DNA from: Octopus vulgaris | Taxonomy: Eukaryota | Reading direction: 5' to 3' | Assembly (NCBI GenBank): GCA_951406725.2 | Contig: OX597821.1 | Span: 29,636,001-29,700,000 of the forward strand | Length of the DNA: 64,000 nt | In this document: positions 12,568 to 25,676 of the stretch, piece after piece | Layout of the letters: each line of letters opens with the position of its first letter | Numbering within the stretch: position 1 is the stretch's first letter | The notes under the pieces: generated by a model | Told to the model about the DNA's origin: nothing | Database searches by the model: none | Seen by the model: the letters and a program-made list of their open reading frames with translations, nothing else | Translations under genes and position numbers: made by a program

Positions 12568-13793
12568 TCGGTGCCCAAGCATGGTCACAGCTCTGAGCTG
12601 AAACTACAAAATAGAAAAGAGAGAGAGAGAAAGAAGGCGGAAGAAACAGATAAATGGATTTGTTCCTATCTGCCGGTTTGGTTATATCACGTCTCACTAT
12701 TTAGTTAGTAAGAGCAATATGATGAACTAAGAAAAAGAAAAAAAAACTAGAAAGCAGTGCCCCAGAATGGCCGTTGTCCATCCAATCTCTGGGGCAATGT
12801 AATAAACTAGCTGTGGCTATGTTGGCGGTTTGTTTGCAGAAAGGGACAACTGACAGACGAATTTATCGACGACTAGGAGGAAAAAAAAGAGCAGCCGTGA
12901 GGAGTGTCTGACATTAAGCTTGAAATAATATTAGCAACGAAAACCCCGCAACCCACCACCACTAGACCTAGTTTCCGTATAAAGGGGTGTGTATACTATA
13001 CGTCTCTATACACGAAAGGGGTGTTCGTGTTTGTGATGAATATGCATTGTATTCCAAAACTAAAATCTATGTAGTTTGGTGTGAGCGTATGTGTGTATGT
13101 ATATGTGGTATATGTGTAAAGATAGTGTCTGTATTTGGGTGTTCACGGGTATGTCTGTAAAAAAATGTGTGTGTATGTGTTTAAAGATATATATATATAT
13201 ATTTTCGGGTTTTTGTGTCTGTTATCAGAGAATGTGTGAAAGATGAGAAAAGACGAGCGTATAATTGTACACGTGTGTGTGAAAATGTGTGTATATGCGT
13301 GGCCTCTCGGCTAGTAAGTAATCTGGCACGTTTATGGAATGGTAATTGGTACTGACCGAGGAGAAAGTTTAAACCTAATTAATCTCATAATTGCTAATTT
13401 CCTCGGAAAAGGGCATCATAATCACAACTTCACCTCTATCAGATGAATAAGCCAAAGACGGAATGTCTGATTAGACTATCTATCTATCTATCTATATGTG
13501 CGTGTGCACGTACGCATGGATGTGTGTTCGTACGCACATACGCGTGCATGTAATTTCGTTAGACACGCTCTTCGTCAGTGCTACTCAATCTGCTGGAAAT
13601 AGCAGCCAAATCTCCCGCGAATCACGTCCGATTTTATGGTAAAAGAAACTGGTACGTTCGATAAAAGTGGGTCGCGTGCCGAAAACATTTGAATTTAGAC
13701 GTGGTTACGGCTTAACATTAACAAACGTCATGCTTCACTCGTACACCTGATATTTGATTGCTTGGATGAAAGATTAGAAATACACAAAGACAA

Positions 13794-14206
13794 GGATCTT
13801 TTCGGTTTGAACGGCAGTTTTTAACATAATTTCTAGGTAACTAAAAAATTTTAAACTTCGTATACTGGTAGAATGTGTTTATAATACATCTTTTTCTCTT
13901 GGCTTTATTGAGAAAATTCTATGGTTTGTAAGATATTTGTTGTTTTTCTTCTTCAATTTCTGTAATTACAACCAATCAATGACCGTCTATTGAGGTAAAA
14001 AAACCTTCTGTACCGTATGAATATGTCCCTCGTTTTAGAAACAGATTGAGTTTATTTACATTTGTGAAGAGAAAAAGATACCCTTCCCCCCACCCCTAAC
14101 CATAAAAGAGATTGAAATGCAATAGATCGATACTAGGGTCATAATTATGGGTGACAATTTCATATGACACCGCTAGAAAAAACTGCTGTTCAAACCGAAA
14201 AGATCC
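13794..14206 (+). mobile_element. ~410-bp MITE with 29-bp TIR GGATCTTTTCGGTTTGAACGGCAGTTTTT (Merlin-like)
   Basis: TIRs at both ends. caaagacaa at 13785-13793 is repeated at 14216-14224 after a 9-nt filler. No coding capacity. Confidence 0.9.
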
Positions 14207-14780
14207 CTTTGATCCCAAAGACAAGTATCTATATTTTAATTTGTATCACACGGGATACTATCACATGTTGTACGCACAGTGACAGACAGATAGACAGATA
14301 AGAATTAACATCGACTACGAGAATCGAACTGCCTATCTTCAATAAACCATAATAAAATCGTACTAAGCACTACACCAAAGTGGTTTCAAAACTCCAAATT
14401 AGGATCCTTAACATAACAAAGTAGGACTATATGTATGCACATGGATGTGCTATTTCTTTATTACCCACTAGGGGCGACATAGAGGGGACACTACAAGACA
14501 TTGTGCACACGCGCATATACATACACACACTGAGTAAATATTAATGTTTCTATAAGCTTTGCAACTACATGTTTCCAAGTTCAATTCCACCGCTCAGCTC
14601 CTTCAGCGTTTCCTACCCCAGCCTGCCGAACATATTGTACTAGTATTTCAAAGAATCTTATCATAAGGTATGTTCAAGTTTAACAGTACGCGCAGCATGG
14701 CTGAATATTAAGGAAGTTCGCTAAATAATTACGAGGTGCCCAGGTTCAATCCCACTGCATAGCATCATGGACAAATTTTA

Positions 14781-14875
14781 GGATATTTTCCTTTTGATGG
14801 ACGGAATTGTCTAGTTAACTAAATAATTTGTATTTAGTTAACTAGAAAATTCCGTCCATCAAAAGGAAAAGATCC
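14781..14875. mobile_element. 95-bp hairpin MITE with 8-bp TSD
   Basis: Near-perfect palindrome ggatattttccttttgatggacggaatt..ctagttaactaaata / tatttagttaactag..aattccgtccatcaaaaggaaaagatcc, with aaatttta on both flanks. Confidence 0.9.
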
Positions 14876-15425
14876 AAATTTTATTTTCAGTAGCCTCAGG
14901 AGAGAAATTGAACAGATGGAAACTGTATAGAAGCCCATCAAGTAAACTGCAATTCAGAAATGTACAGTCTTCTCACATACTGTTTTACACGGATTCTTTT
15001 ACTTCAGAATCGCATTAAGGATACTCGGCCATTTTCACGTTAATTCGGGAACAGGTAATTCAGGTAGGTAACTGAATAACTGAATCCTCGTTGTTGAACG
15101 ACGGAGAACCATTGCCAATACTACCATGAATCTCAGCCACTTAATATAATTTCAGTAAGTGAAAAGATCAGTTGACAGCAAAACAATAAACCTCATCGTA
15201 GATACCGACTGTGATCCATTTAGCTACCTACTTTCTAGCTATTCATTCCAGAGCACATCAATTTTCCAGATGCAAAAGTATATCATAACCGTCTATTTGA
15301 CAGTCACCTTTAATATTCATGCTGGTAAATGCTATTGTATTTATACGTTCTTTATAGCAACGACATGTATATTTTCTTAATAATAAGGTTATTTTTCTAT
15401 TTAGCAAACATAAACAACCGCATTA

Positions 15426-15492
15426 CAGTATAATCCCTCGCCACATCGCGGTTCACCTGTATCGTAACGTCGCGATAGTCGAGGGATCACTC
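15426..15492. mobile_element. Internally deleted Tigger/pogo-like MITE remnant
   Basis: TA-cagtataatccctcg ... cgagggatcactc-TA: imperfect TIRs with TA flanks. Confidence 0.5.
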
Positions 15493-15831
15493 TAGTTCTA
15501 AAATACGTTCATGATATATACATAAACACAATGTGCGCGAGTATATATGAATGTGTATGGATACACACACGTGTATATATATGTATGTTTTGTGTGTGTG
15601 TATATCTATATATAAATATAGTAAAAATATGTGTATATGTATCTATATATACATATATATGTGTGTATATATACACATACATACATACATACAAACACAC
15701 AAACAAAATCTTCACAGCAAAACATAAATATATAAAAAAAAGATTGTAGCAAAATATAAAATTGGAAACTTTTACAAAAAAAAACTCCTCTCACTGGGTG
15801 GTAACTATATTTCTTTCCTAGTGAACAGAGG

Positions 15832-16242
15832 GGTTCTTTTGTTTGAACGGCAGTTTTTTCTAGCGGTGTCATATGAAATTGTCACACATAATTATGGCCC
15901 TAGTATCGATCTATTGCATTTCTATCTGTTTTAGGGTTAGGGGTGGGGGGAAGGGTATCTGTTTTTCTTCACAAATGTAAATAAACCCAATCTGTTTCTT
16001 AAACGAGGGACATATGCATACGGCACAAAATGTTTTTTTTTACCTCAATAGACATCAGTGATTGTTTGAAATTGCAGAAATTGAAGAAAAAAACAACAAA
16101 TATCTTACAAACTATAGAATTTTCTCAACAAAGCCAAGAGAAAAAGATGTTTTATAAACACATTCTACCAGTATACAAAGTTTAAAATTTTTTAGTTACC
16201 TAGAAATTATGTTAAAAGCTGCTGTTCAAACCGAAAAGATTC
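15832..16242 (-). mobile_element. ~410-bp Merlin-like MITE, inverted relative to the 13794 copy
   Basis: Reverse complement of the 13794 body. Flanks aacagagg / aacagaga give an 8-bp TSD with 1 mismatch. Confidence 0.9.
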
Positions 16243-16617
16243 AACAGAGATCCCACAAGTTGTTGAATATGAATAAAGAGGAATTTCACCTGTATGTGGA
16301 ACATATTGTACATTAAAAAGCTACAACAGAGCAGACAACTTTTGGCAATACCAATTCCAAGTAGAATCAACTACACAATAGAAGGAACAAAGAAGCTACC
16401 CCTTCAAAAATGAAATACCTCATCCCCACAAGGAACAGAGTGCAATGCATCAGCCTGCAGTAGAAAGCCAACAGAAAACATCAAAAATCTGTTGGCACCA
16501 AAAGTCATCTCAAAAATCCAGAGTTCTCTTCAAACACATTTGGAAATAAAAAATATTTTGGATTGCATACAATCATCCGATAGGCCATCACAGATTGGAC
16601 AGAAGCATACAGAAACT

Positions 16618-16832
16618 GTAGCACGCCGGGCGAAATGCTTAGCGGTATTTCGTCTGCGTTACGTTGTGAGTTCGAATTCCGCCGAGGTTGACTTTGCCTT
16701 TCATCCTTTCGGGGTTGATAAATTAAGTACAAGTTACGCACTGGGGTTGATGTAATCGACTTAATACCTATGTCTGTCTTTGTTTGTCCCCTCTGTGTTT
16801 AGCCCTTTGTGGGTAATAAAGAAATAGGTATT
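16618..16832 (+). mobile_element. Nin-domain SINE family B
   Basis: gcacgccgggcgaaatgcttagcggtatttcg..gcctttcatcctttcggggttgataaattaagtac..aaagaaataggtatt. Confidence 0.9.
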
Positions 16833-17287
16833 AAATTAAGCCTCAGAGACTCTCTGAATCATCTGCTATTCCACTTTGGACATAAGCAAAACATCCAAAC
16901 TCATTTTGACATGCTACCATATGCTATAATTCTAAGAAACAAATCTGACATTACTAATGTAAAGAAACAGCTGTTACCAACAAAAACTCAGCTACATGAC
17001 CAATTATGCCACATGATTGCACATGTAGATGGCAATTCCAATTTAGCATTAGTTGCATGGTAGGTTATGATTAATTCTAGAGCTATCAGCTGGTATTTGT
17101 CAAAATGACTGGCCTTCTTCAAAAACGCTGTAACCATATCACTAGCCCTAGAGCAAAGCCATCATATGTTCCCAGTCAATATGAACAAGACCTATCATCT
17201 GACCAACCATGAAGACAATTAGAAACACTAAAATGTTTAAGAATACCCAGTAAACTAAGTGAAAGTGTATGTGTGTATAAGCATATG

Positions 17288-17335
<48 letters not shown>

Positions 17336-17639
17336 CGTCACTGTGACCGACCAGGCTATAAGATGTTGCTACACATCGCTGGTCACAATGCGCTTCACAT
17401 TGTTTTAGCCTTCAAATGATGCCACCACGCTGGCTAAGCGAGTAGGCCAACAGAAGAAAGAGTGAGAGAAAGTTGTGGCGAAAGAGTACAGTAGGGATCG
17501 ACACCACCCCCTGCCGGGGCCTCGTGGAGCTTTAGGTGTTTTCGCTCAATAAACACTCACAATGCCCGGTCTGGGAATCAAAACCGCGATCCTACAACAG
17601 CAAGTCCGCTGCCCTAACCACTGGGCCATTGTGCCTCCA
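17336..17639 (-). mobile_element. tRNA-derived SINE family E
   Basis: Minus strand starts ggaggcacaatggcccagtggttagggcagcggac..ggttttgattccc (A/B boxes) and sits between (TA)n tracts. Confidence 0.8.
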
Positions 17640-17640
17640 C

Positions 17641-17671
<31 letters not shown>

Positions 17672-17859
17672 TATATGCGTGTACATATACCACACATTTA
17701 GATTACTCTCTACATTGCTTTGAATTAATTATGCCTTATCTCATAGCTTCAAGACTGCAAGTAAAGTGATTGTTTATTTTTAGAATGATATTGTAGGGTA
17801 GGTGTAAGAAGCAGGATCAGACTGGTTTGAATATAAAGCTTGTAAAATATTTGAAAAAA

Positions 17860-18001
17860 AAGAAAAAAAGATACCCTTCCCCCACCAACCCTAACCCTAA
17901 AACAGATTGAAATGCAATAGATCGATACTAGGGTCATGATTATGGGTGACAATTTCATATGACACCGCTAGTAAAAACTGCCGTTCAAATTAAAAAGATC
18001 C
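17860..18001 (+). mobile_element. 3' partial copy of the Merlin-like MITE
   Basis: Matches the 14075-14206 end including the TIR ..aaactgccgttcaaattaaaaagatcc. Confidence 0.85.
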
Positions 18002-18378
18002 CAGATATATGGTGTAGTGAAAATATGACTATCTATATTTACCAAGGTCTTTTTACATATTTTCATGCGTTCTTAATCGTTTGCTTGAAAATTCTGGAAT
18101 CATGTACATTTCTGAAACTTCATATTCTGATTTTAAGGATAAATGTAGTCGAAAGAGTTGCTGCCTCTTTGGAGAAGGCAAGTACAATGAAATTGGGCTG
18201 CAGATTAGAGGCAGAATTTTAATTTTGGCCATTTCATTTATACATCACCATGTATGTCTAGACAAAAGGGTAGAGCCAATACTGTATTATGTGAAAATAG
18301 ATGGAAGAATACCTCTATACATATTATTACTAGCCAAACAATAAGAATCGGCACCTTAACTGACATTTCTACATTTTG

Positions 18379-18450
<72 letters not shown>

Positions 18451-18622
18451 TGCATACATGCACAAACTCACACACAGTGTTGGATAAAATACCTTATATA
18501 CACATTAGTACAAAAGAGTAATAGATCAGAACACTTAACACACAAGTAATTTGAGAATAACATACACAAGTGTATTTGTGTGTATATATGTGTAAAGTGT
18601 GTGGTATATGTACACACATATA

Positions 18623-18653
<31 letters not shown>

Positions 18654-19102
18654 GCTTATACACACACACACTTTCACTAAGTTCACTTAGTCATAGTGAT
18701 ACCAATAACCAATATGCATATATGCAAGCATATATACATATTTGTATATATGCAAATAGGTGCCTATGTATACATCTGATGTATACATCTGATGCAGAAA
18801 CATATATCCACCTCTGTCCTCTCGTCTCCAAACAATCAGACTGTCTTTTTCTTAATTGCATGTCAATTTTGAAGAATTCTTAATACTAGAGATTCTCAGT
18901 TCACTGTGATTGCATTTGCCACAAGGATTCCATTTATTTTCCTTCCAAACAGCAAATAACTTCAATACAGCAGAGATTTAGTTTGCGTGGTGTTTAATAT
19001 ATCTATTTTGTCTTTGCTGTTTATATCCTCACAGTTATTTGTTAAAGTTCATATTCATTTGCATATAAGACCATGTATACTGTTTCCACATATACACACA
19101 TT

Positions 19103-19259
19103 TTTTTCTCTCCTTGTTTTTTTCTGTGTCCCTTTCTGTAGAAGAGCATAGGCTCGAAACGTAAAAGACTTTATCTAATTCTGAGCATTATACTAATACA
19201 TCTGTTTGTTTTGTACACCACCTGTCTTCGTCTTTTGTTTTTTTTTCGTAAGCTCTCCC

Positions 19260-19262
<3 letters not shown>
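19103..19262 (+). mobile_element. Penelope-derived short repeat carrying a hammerhead-like motif; copies at 26390-26549 (-) and 37095-37207 (-, truncated)
   Basis: ctttCTGTAGAagagcataggctcGAAAcgTAaaagac...tactaatacatctgtttgttttgtacaccacctgtcttcgtc, flanked by (TA)n. Confidence 0.6.
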
Positions 19263-19321
<59 letters not shown>

Positions 19322-19753
19322 TGTGTGTGTGTGTGTGTATGCATTAATATATAGGTGCAGATGTGTCTGTGTGTGTACACATTCATCTATACATGTATAT
19401 TTACACATAAATATACACACATTCATATGCATGTATGTGGGAAAACAATGATACCATCCTGTAGAAAAACAATGACACTGATATAGGCTTCCTAGGGATT
19501 ACATCTGTTGCTAAAACATAACCAGTTTTTGATAAGTTCATCATTGAAAATACCTCAGGGAGAAAAAAGTAACTTACTCGGTAACAGGTAGAACAACAAA
19601 ACAAACAAATGGAAATATGAAGTGTTTAAGTGTGTGTGTGTGTGTGAATACATACACACACACACACACACACATGTGCATGTGGATTTATAGAAAAATA
19701 TGTATTGCATATGTATGTGTGTATGTTTGCTATTTTATATATCAACTTTTATA

Positions 19754-19805
<52 letters not shown>

Positions 19806-19966
19806 TATATATATGTAGTTGGAGTAAATCTGAGTCGAAAAGAATAGAGAGAGCAAAGAAATGAGATATACATCAGGAAACACATTTAAACTGACCTCAG
19901 TTGTTAGCCAGGGACTTCTGCATCAACCTATGTAGCCTACTTCATATATGTGTATGTATACGTATG

Positions 19967-20057
<91 letters not shown>

Positions 20058-20202
20058 TGAGAAAGTTGGTGTGTGAAAGCACATATATATATACACACAT
20101 ATATATACATACATATATACACATATACACACAAGTAAGTACATAAATCCAAAACAAAGTAGAAAAAATTGTATTTGAATACTGAAGGTAGAGGGATATG
20201 CA

Positions 20203-20391
20203 TTTTTATTAAAGCAGCAAAAACATTGCAAAATCTACTACTCAGAGTTTCATGTTCCCATTCTTTGGACAGTTGTGATCAAGAATGGAGTAAAATATAA
20301 TAGTTAAATTCTTGATCACAACTGTCCGATGAATGGGAACGTGAAACTCTGAGTAGCAGTTTTAGTGATATTTTTGTAGCTTTAATAAAAA
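20203..20391. mobile_element. Inverted pair of Penelope-like terminal fragments with hammerhead-like motif
   Basis: Arms 20203-20286 and 20308-20391 are reverse complements. The right arm has aactgt-CCGATGA-atgggaacgt-GAAA-ctctgag-TA-gcagtt. Confidence 0.65.
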
Positions 20392-20589
20392 AGTTATATA
20401 TATATATACATACACACATAAACGTAGATATATATCCAAGATACATGTATATACCCAAGTTACATGTATATATGATGATGATATGTATGTGTATAAACAC
20501 GTGTATGTCTATATATGTGCATGCATATGTGTGTGTGTATTTACATGCCTTCACATTGATATTGTTTCCATTGTTATGATATTTTTATT

Positions 20590-20990
20590 ATTTCTTTATT
20601 GCTCCACAAGGGGCTAAACATAGAGGGGACAAAGCAAAGGGATTAAGTCGATTAAGTCGCTGCAACTGGTACTTAATTTATTGACCCCAAAAGGATGAAA
20701 AGCAAAGTTGACCTCGGTGGAATCTGAACTCAGAACATAACGGCAGACGAAATACCTATTTCTTTACAACCCACAAGGGGCTAAACACTGAGAGGACAAA
20801 CAAGGAGAGACAAGCGGATTAAGTCGATTATATCGACCCCAGTGCGTTTCTGGTACTTATTTAATCGACCCCGAAAGGATGAAAGACAAAGTCGACCTCG
20901 GCGGAATTTTAACTCAGAACGTAGCGGCAGACGAAATACCTCTAAGCATTTCGCCTGGCGTGCTAATGTCTCTGCCAGCTCGCCACCTTG
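20590..20990 (-). mobile_element. Nin-domain SINE family B, head-to-tail dimer
   Basis: Two core+tail units joined at aaagaaatag|gtatttcgtctg (reverse strand, ~20745-20766). Confidence 0.9.
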
Positions 20991-21357
20991 TTATGATATT
21001 GTTTATGTCCCTGGTAAACAAAAAGATCTGACAGCTCAACAAGTAATGGTATGTAAACTATAAAATACTGGCTCTTGAAATCCTGTCCAACCCATGCCGT
21101 CATGGAAACAACAAACATAAAAAAACAATGATTGATGATTACATAATAGTTATCATTGTAATCATTTTAAAGTCCACTTTTCCATGCTTTTATGGGACGG
21201 AACAGTTTGTTGATGTGGATTTTCTCCAACCAAATGGTCTTAATGTCAGTAACCCTTCACCTGTTTCCATGTAAGGTAATATTCCCCATAACTGGACATG
21301 TTTCATAGAAGACTGGAAATGAAAGACACTGCTTGCATTACAATGGCATTTGCTTAT

Positions 21358-21597
21358 ACCTATTTCTTTATTACCCACAAGGGGCTAAACACAGAGAGGA
21401 CAAACAAGGACAGACAAACGGATTAAGCCGATTATATCGACCCCAGTGCGTAACTGGTACTTATTTAATTGACCCAAAAGGATGAAAGGCAAAGTCGACC
21501 TCGGCAGAATTTGAACTCAGAACGTAGCGGCAGACGAAATATGGCTACGCACTACGCATTTCGCCCGACGTGCTAACGTTTCTGCCAGCTCGCCACC
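21358..21597 (-). mobile_element. Nin-domain SINE family B
   Basis: Full head, core and tail; similar copies at 26568-26690 (partial), 36375-36601 and 53130-53348. Confidence 0.9.
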
Positions 21598-21627
21598 TAT
21601 ACCAGTCACATAGATGCATACATGTGG

Positions 21628-21660
<33 letters not shown>

Positions 21661-23849
21661 TATACCTGAAGGGCTTTCAGTTTTAGTTTCCATCTATCAA
21701 ATCCACAATTCACATAGCTTTGGTTGATCTGAGGTTGTAGAAGACCTGTCCAAGGTGCCATACAGTGGGACAGTAACCAAAACCATGTGGTTTGGAACCC
21801 AGCTTCTTACCACTCAGCTATGCCATGCTTATATCTATTTATAAAATAACCCATCTGGGCAAGATCAACCAAGTGTGGTGCAAGTAGTACTGCACTAGCT
21901 TAATCTTTTAATTTAGTGTCTTTATGCATCATATGATATATGGTACATATATTACATAAAGAGCCGAAATTAATATCTATTTTACCACTTACTGTTTTCT
22001 TTATGGATCCAACTGTATATTTGAAAGATCAATGTATATTTATATTGTTCAGTGAACATGGCACATACACAAACTTGGTGTTGTGTTAGGTTTGCCAATC
22101 ATGTTTGTTTCAAGCCAAAGAATTTCATAGAAATTATTAATTTTATGGATTTAAGTTCTTATTGCAATGACTATTGTCAATGATTCAAAGTTCACATTTT
22201 CATGTTTGCATGGGCCAGACAGACTTTGTTGAGACAGATTCTCTATGGCCAGATGCCTTTCCTGCTATGTTTTCTTGGAAGATTGAAAATGAACGACACT
22301 CCTTGTATGATTGATGCTTATTTCTTACACAATGTGAAGACAAAGAGGTGCAAATACACACACGTGTACATACACATATATACATTTATACATATAATCA
22401 CATATTCATACATACATACATACACAGACATATTTATATATATGAAATGGACTTCTATTTCTGTCCGTCAAATCTACACAAGATTAGTTGGTGAGGTTAT
22501 AGGGACTGAACCCAAAACCATGTGGTTGAGAAGCAAACTTCTTAACCATTGTTCAGCTTAGAATGGTGAGAATGAAGGGGAAATTAATTAATACACAAGT
22601 TCCACTACTATTTATATTTGATGGTTGTTCATGACATTTAAAAGCTAATCCTTTATCACTACAGCTTAGATGCAGTAAATTATGTAGCTAATTAGAATTA
22701 GCCGATCCTTTCTTGTAGAAATCCTGTTTCATTCGAAACTTAACTAAACCTAAAAACCTAAAGCTTAAATGCTCCAACATTAAGCACATTTATAAATTTA
22801 TAGCAACATTACTTAAGCAACTAAAATGCACACGATAAATATTCTCTGCAGATACATAACCCTAATATAATGTGAATTAGTTTTCTTGCTCTAATGTTGG
22901 AAATTTGAGTATATTTATTTAAACTGATTTGTGCTATAGTTTTGCTGAATAATCTCAGTTTAACAGAGAAACTGTAGACCGGGCTGTGGATGATTTGGTG
23001 CCAAACCACACAGAAAGAATAAATTGTTTTGATTTTATTTCTATTAACTATCGTAGTCTGCAGGGTGTCTCTGCATTATATATGTAATATATATGTATTA
23101 TATATGTAATAATAAAAGTATATGTTATGCACTTTATTGTGTGTTATCCTCCCATCTGTGGAAAAACACTTGCATGAAACCAGTTCCCAACAGTACAAAA
23201 CAGTTGGGAAAAATACACTGCCTTTCATCATTATCATCATTGTCATTTAACATCTGTTTTTCATGCTGGCATGGGTTCGACGGTTTGACTGGAATTGGCA
23301 AGCTGGAGAGCTGTACCAGACTCCAGTCTGATTTTAGTTTTGTTTCTACAGATGGATACCCCTCTTAATGTCAACCACTCCAAGAGTGTAATGGGTGCTT
23401 TTATGTGTCACCGGCACGAGTGCCGTTTACGTTCCAGTTAATTTTGAAAATAAAGAATTTAGCAAAATAACAGTTGTTATTAAGCTAATTGTTTGCATAT
23501 AAATTAATTCTGAAGGCATTAATTCAAATCACTTGAAAGCAAGAACTTCATATCGCAGAACAAGGGGCAGTGTCAGGTAGGTTGGAATCAAAAGGATTTT
23601 TTAAAAATCTGTTTGATTTAATGAAGAGAGTGTTCCATCTTTGTTCAATTAGTTCAACAAATGAGCTCTAGAAACTTCTTTGGCAGTTATGTGATTTCTG
23701 TGGAAATTTTGTAAGGAAATATAAGATAGCTTTCTCACCTGCAGCCATTGCTTCCCTTCAAGTATTTGAGACCAGAAATCATGCTGGCAGTGACAAAAGA
23801 ACTAATTCTCCAAGACTGCCTTAACACTCAGAATATAAAGAATGCTTTT

Positions 23850-24180
23850 TACTCTTTAGTAGTTTCAATCACCGGACTGTGGCCATGCTGGAGCATTACC
23901 TTGTCAGGTTAGTTTGGTCAACTGAACCCAATACTTTTTGCAAGTTTGGTACTTATTCTATTGGTCTCTTTTGCCAAACTACAAAGTTAGAGGTATGTAA
24001 ACAAACCATCAGAGTTGTTATGTAGTGGGGAAGACAAAGACACACACAAACACATATATACGTACATGATTGACTTCCACACAGTTTCCACACACCAAAT
24101 TCACTTAGAAGACATTGGTCAACCCAAAGAGCTGCTGAATGGGACTGAACTTGAAACAGCATGGTTGCAAAGCGAACGTC
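23850..24180 (-). mobile_element. Diverged SINE family A copy
   Basis: ggccatgctggagca, ggtacttattctattggtctcttttgcc and gggactgaac motifs. Confidence 0.7.
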
Positions 24181-25584
24181 AGCACCTCAAAGCATTTTCT
24201 CCAACACTAATGACCTTACAGTCTATTTATTCTGAGCAGATACTTTATTTCATAAAGATAAAAGGCCAAGTGGATTTCAGTAGGATTTGAACTCTGAACA
24301 TAAAGAGCCAGAACAAATACAGCAAAACACTGTCTCCAACCAACACTAATTATTCTGCCAATTTGCTACAACAGTTAGGATTGTGGTGTCTATAATATTT
24401 TAGTAATAATCTGATTTGTTCAACCAATCTCATTTAAGAGAAAAATAATAATTAAGCTCAATTATTGCTCGACAAGTTTAATGTACTGAAATAGAGAAAC
24501 AGAACAGCAAATCTATTAATTAACAACTGATAAAAATTAAGTAAGTCTGCCCATTTGCTATTGCCATTTAAATTTGATTATTGTAATTTCGTTGGATCTC
24601 GAAACTATTTCAAGTATTGGATCGACCTTAAACAGCCATCAAGTTGTTCGTTAAAGCTAAAGGCAGCAGTAGAGAATAGTATTATGATGATGGAGAAAGA
24701 ACAGGTGCAGGTGCAGGAGCACGGAGTTAGAACTGATGATAGCTAGGAAGTGTTTAATTTTAAAGAGAATTTGGATCTCGGAAGTATTTCCTCTATTGAG
24801 ATCAATCTTAAATGTTCACTCGTTCATAAAAGTTGAAGACTGTAAGGTAGGTAAGGTAATATAGAAATAGATCATGTAGATTACTGGTGTGGGGAAGGGT
24901 AGAGGGTGCAGCTTATATGCTACAATTGCCACTTGGTGCCTCTGAGACTGCAACCTGATTTATAAACATATATTCATAAACATACATCTGTGTGTTTGTG
25001 TAAGTATGTTTGTCACATGTGTAAATCGCATACATGCATATTTAACACACAAATGTATAGTACATATAAATGTACATACACACATAAATACAGTGCATAT
25101 ATATTTGTGTATATATATATATACATGGCCGCGGCCTTCGGGCTAAAACATTTTTAAGAATTTATATATCCCATATTATACATGCATATAAGAATTTCTA
25201 TACACCTACGAATCGTAAGCTAGCTGCATAGCGTTTATACATAATCCATATGCAATAAAATTATACACACGCAGACGTGCATGCAAGCAGGTAAAATTGC
25301 AGATTTTTTATAGTTAACATACATTCACACACCTACGCAAGTGTGAATGTGTGTGTGTGTGTGTGTGTGCAAGCATGTGGAGCAAAATAGCACCTGTAGT
25401 TCCTACATGCATGCATGTATATAAAGTAAAACTACACCTGTAATTTTTACCTGCATGTGTGGAATATGTGTGTAAATGCATACTGTAAAAGTAGTTTAAG
25501 ATTCACAGAAGTGTAATATGTAAAACATATACACAATGTTTTATATATATAAATATATATTATAGTGTCTATATATATAGTGTC

Positions 25585-25630
<46 letters not shown>

Positions 25631-25641
25631 GTGTCTGTGTG

Positions 25642-25676
<35 letters not shown>

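Noticed and set aside
16380-17220. Degenerate retroelement ORF around the SINE
   Set aside because: A-rich and LINE-like in composition, but no recognisable motif.
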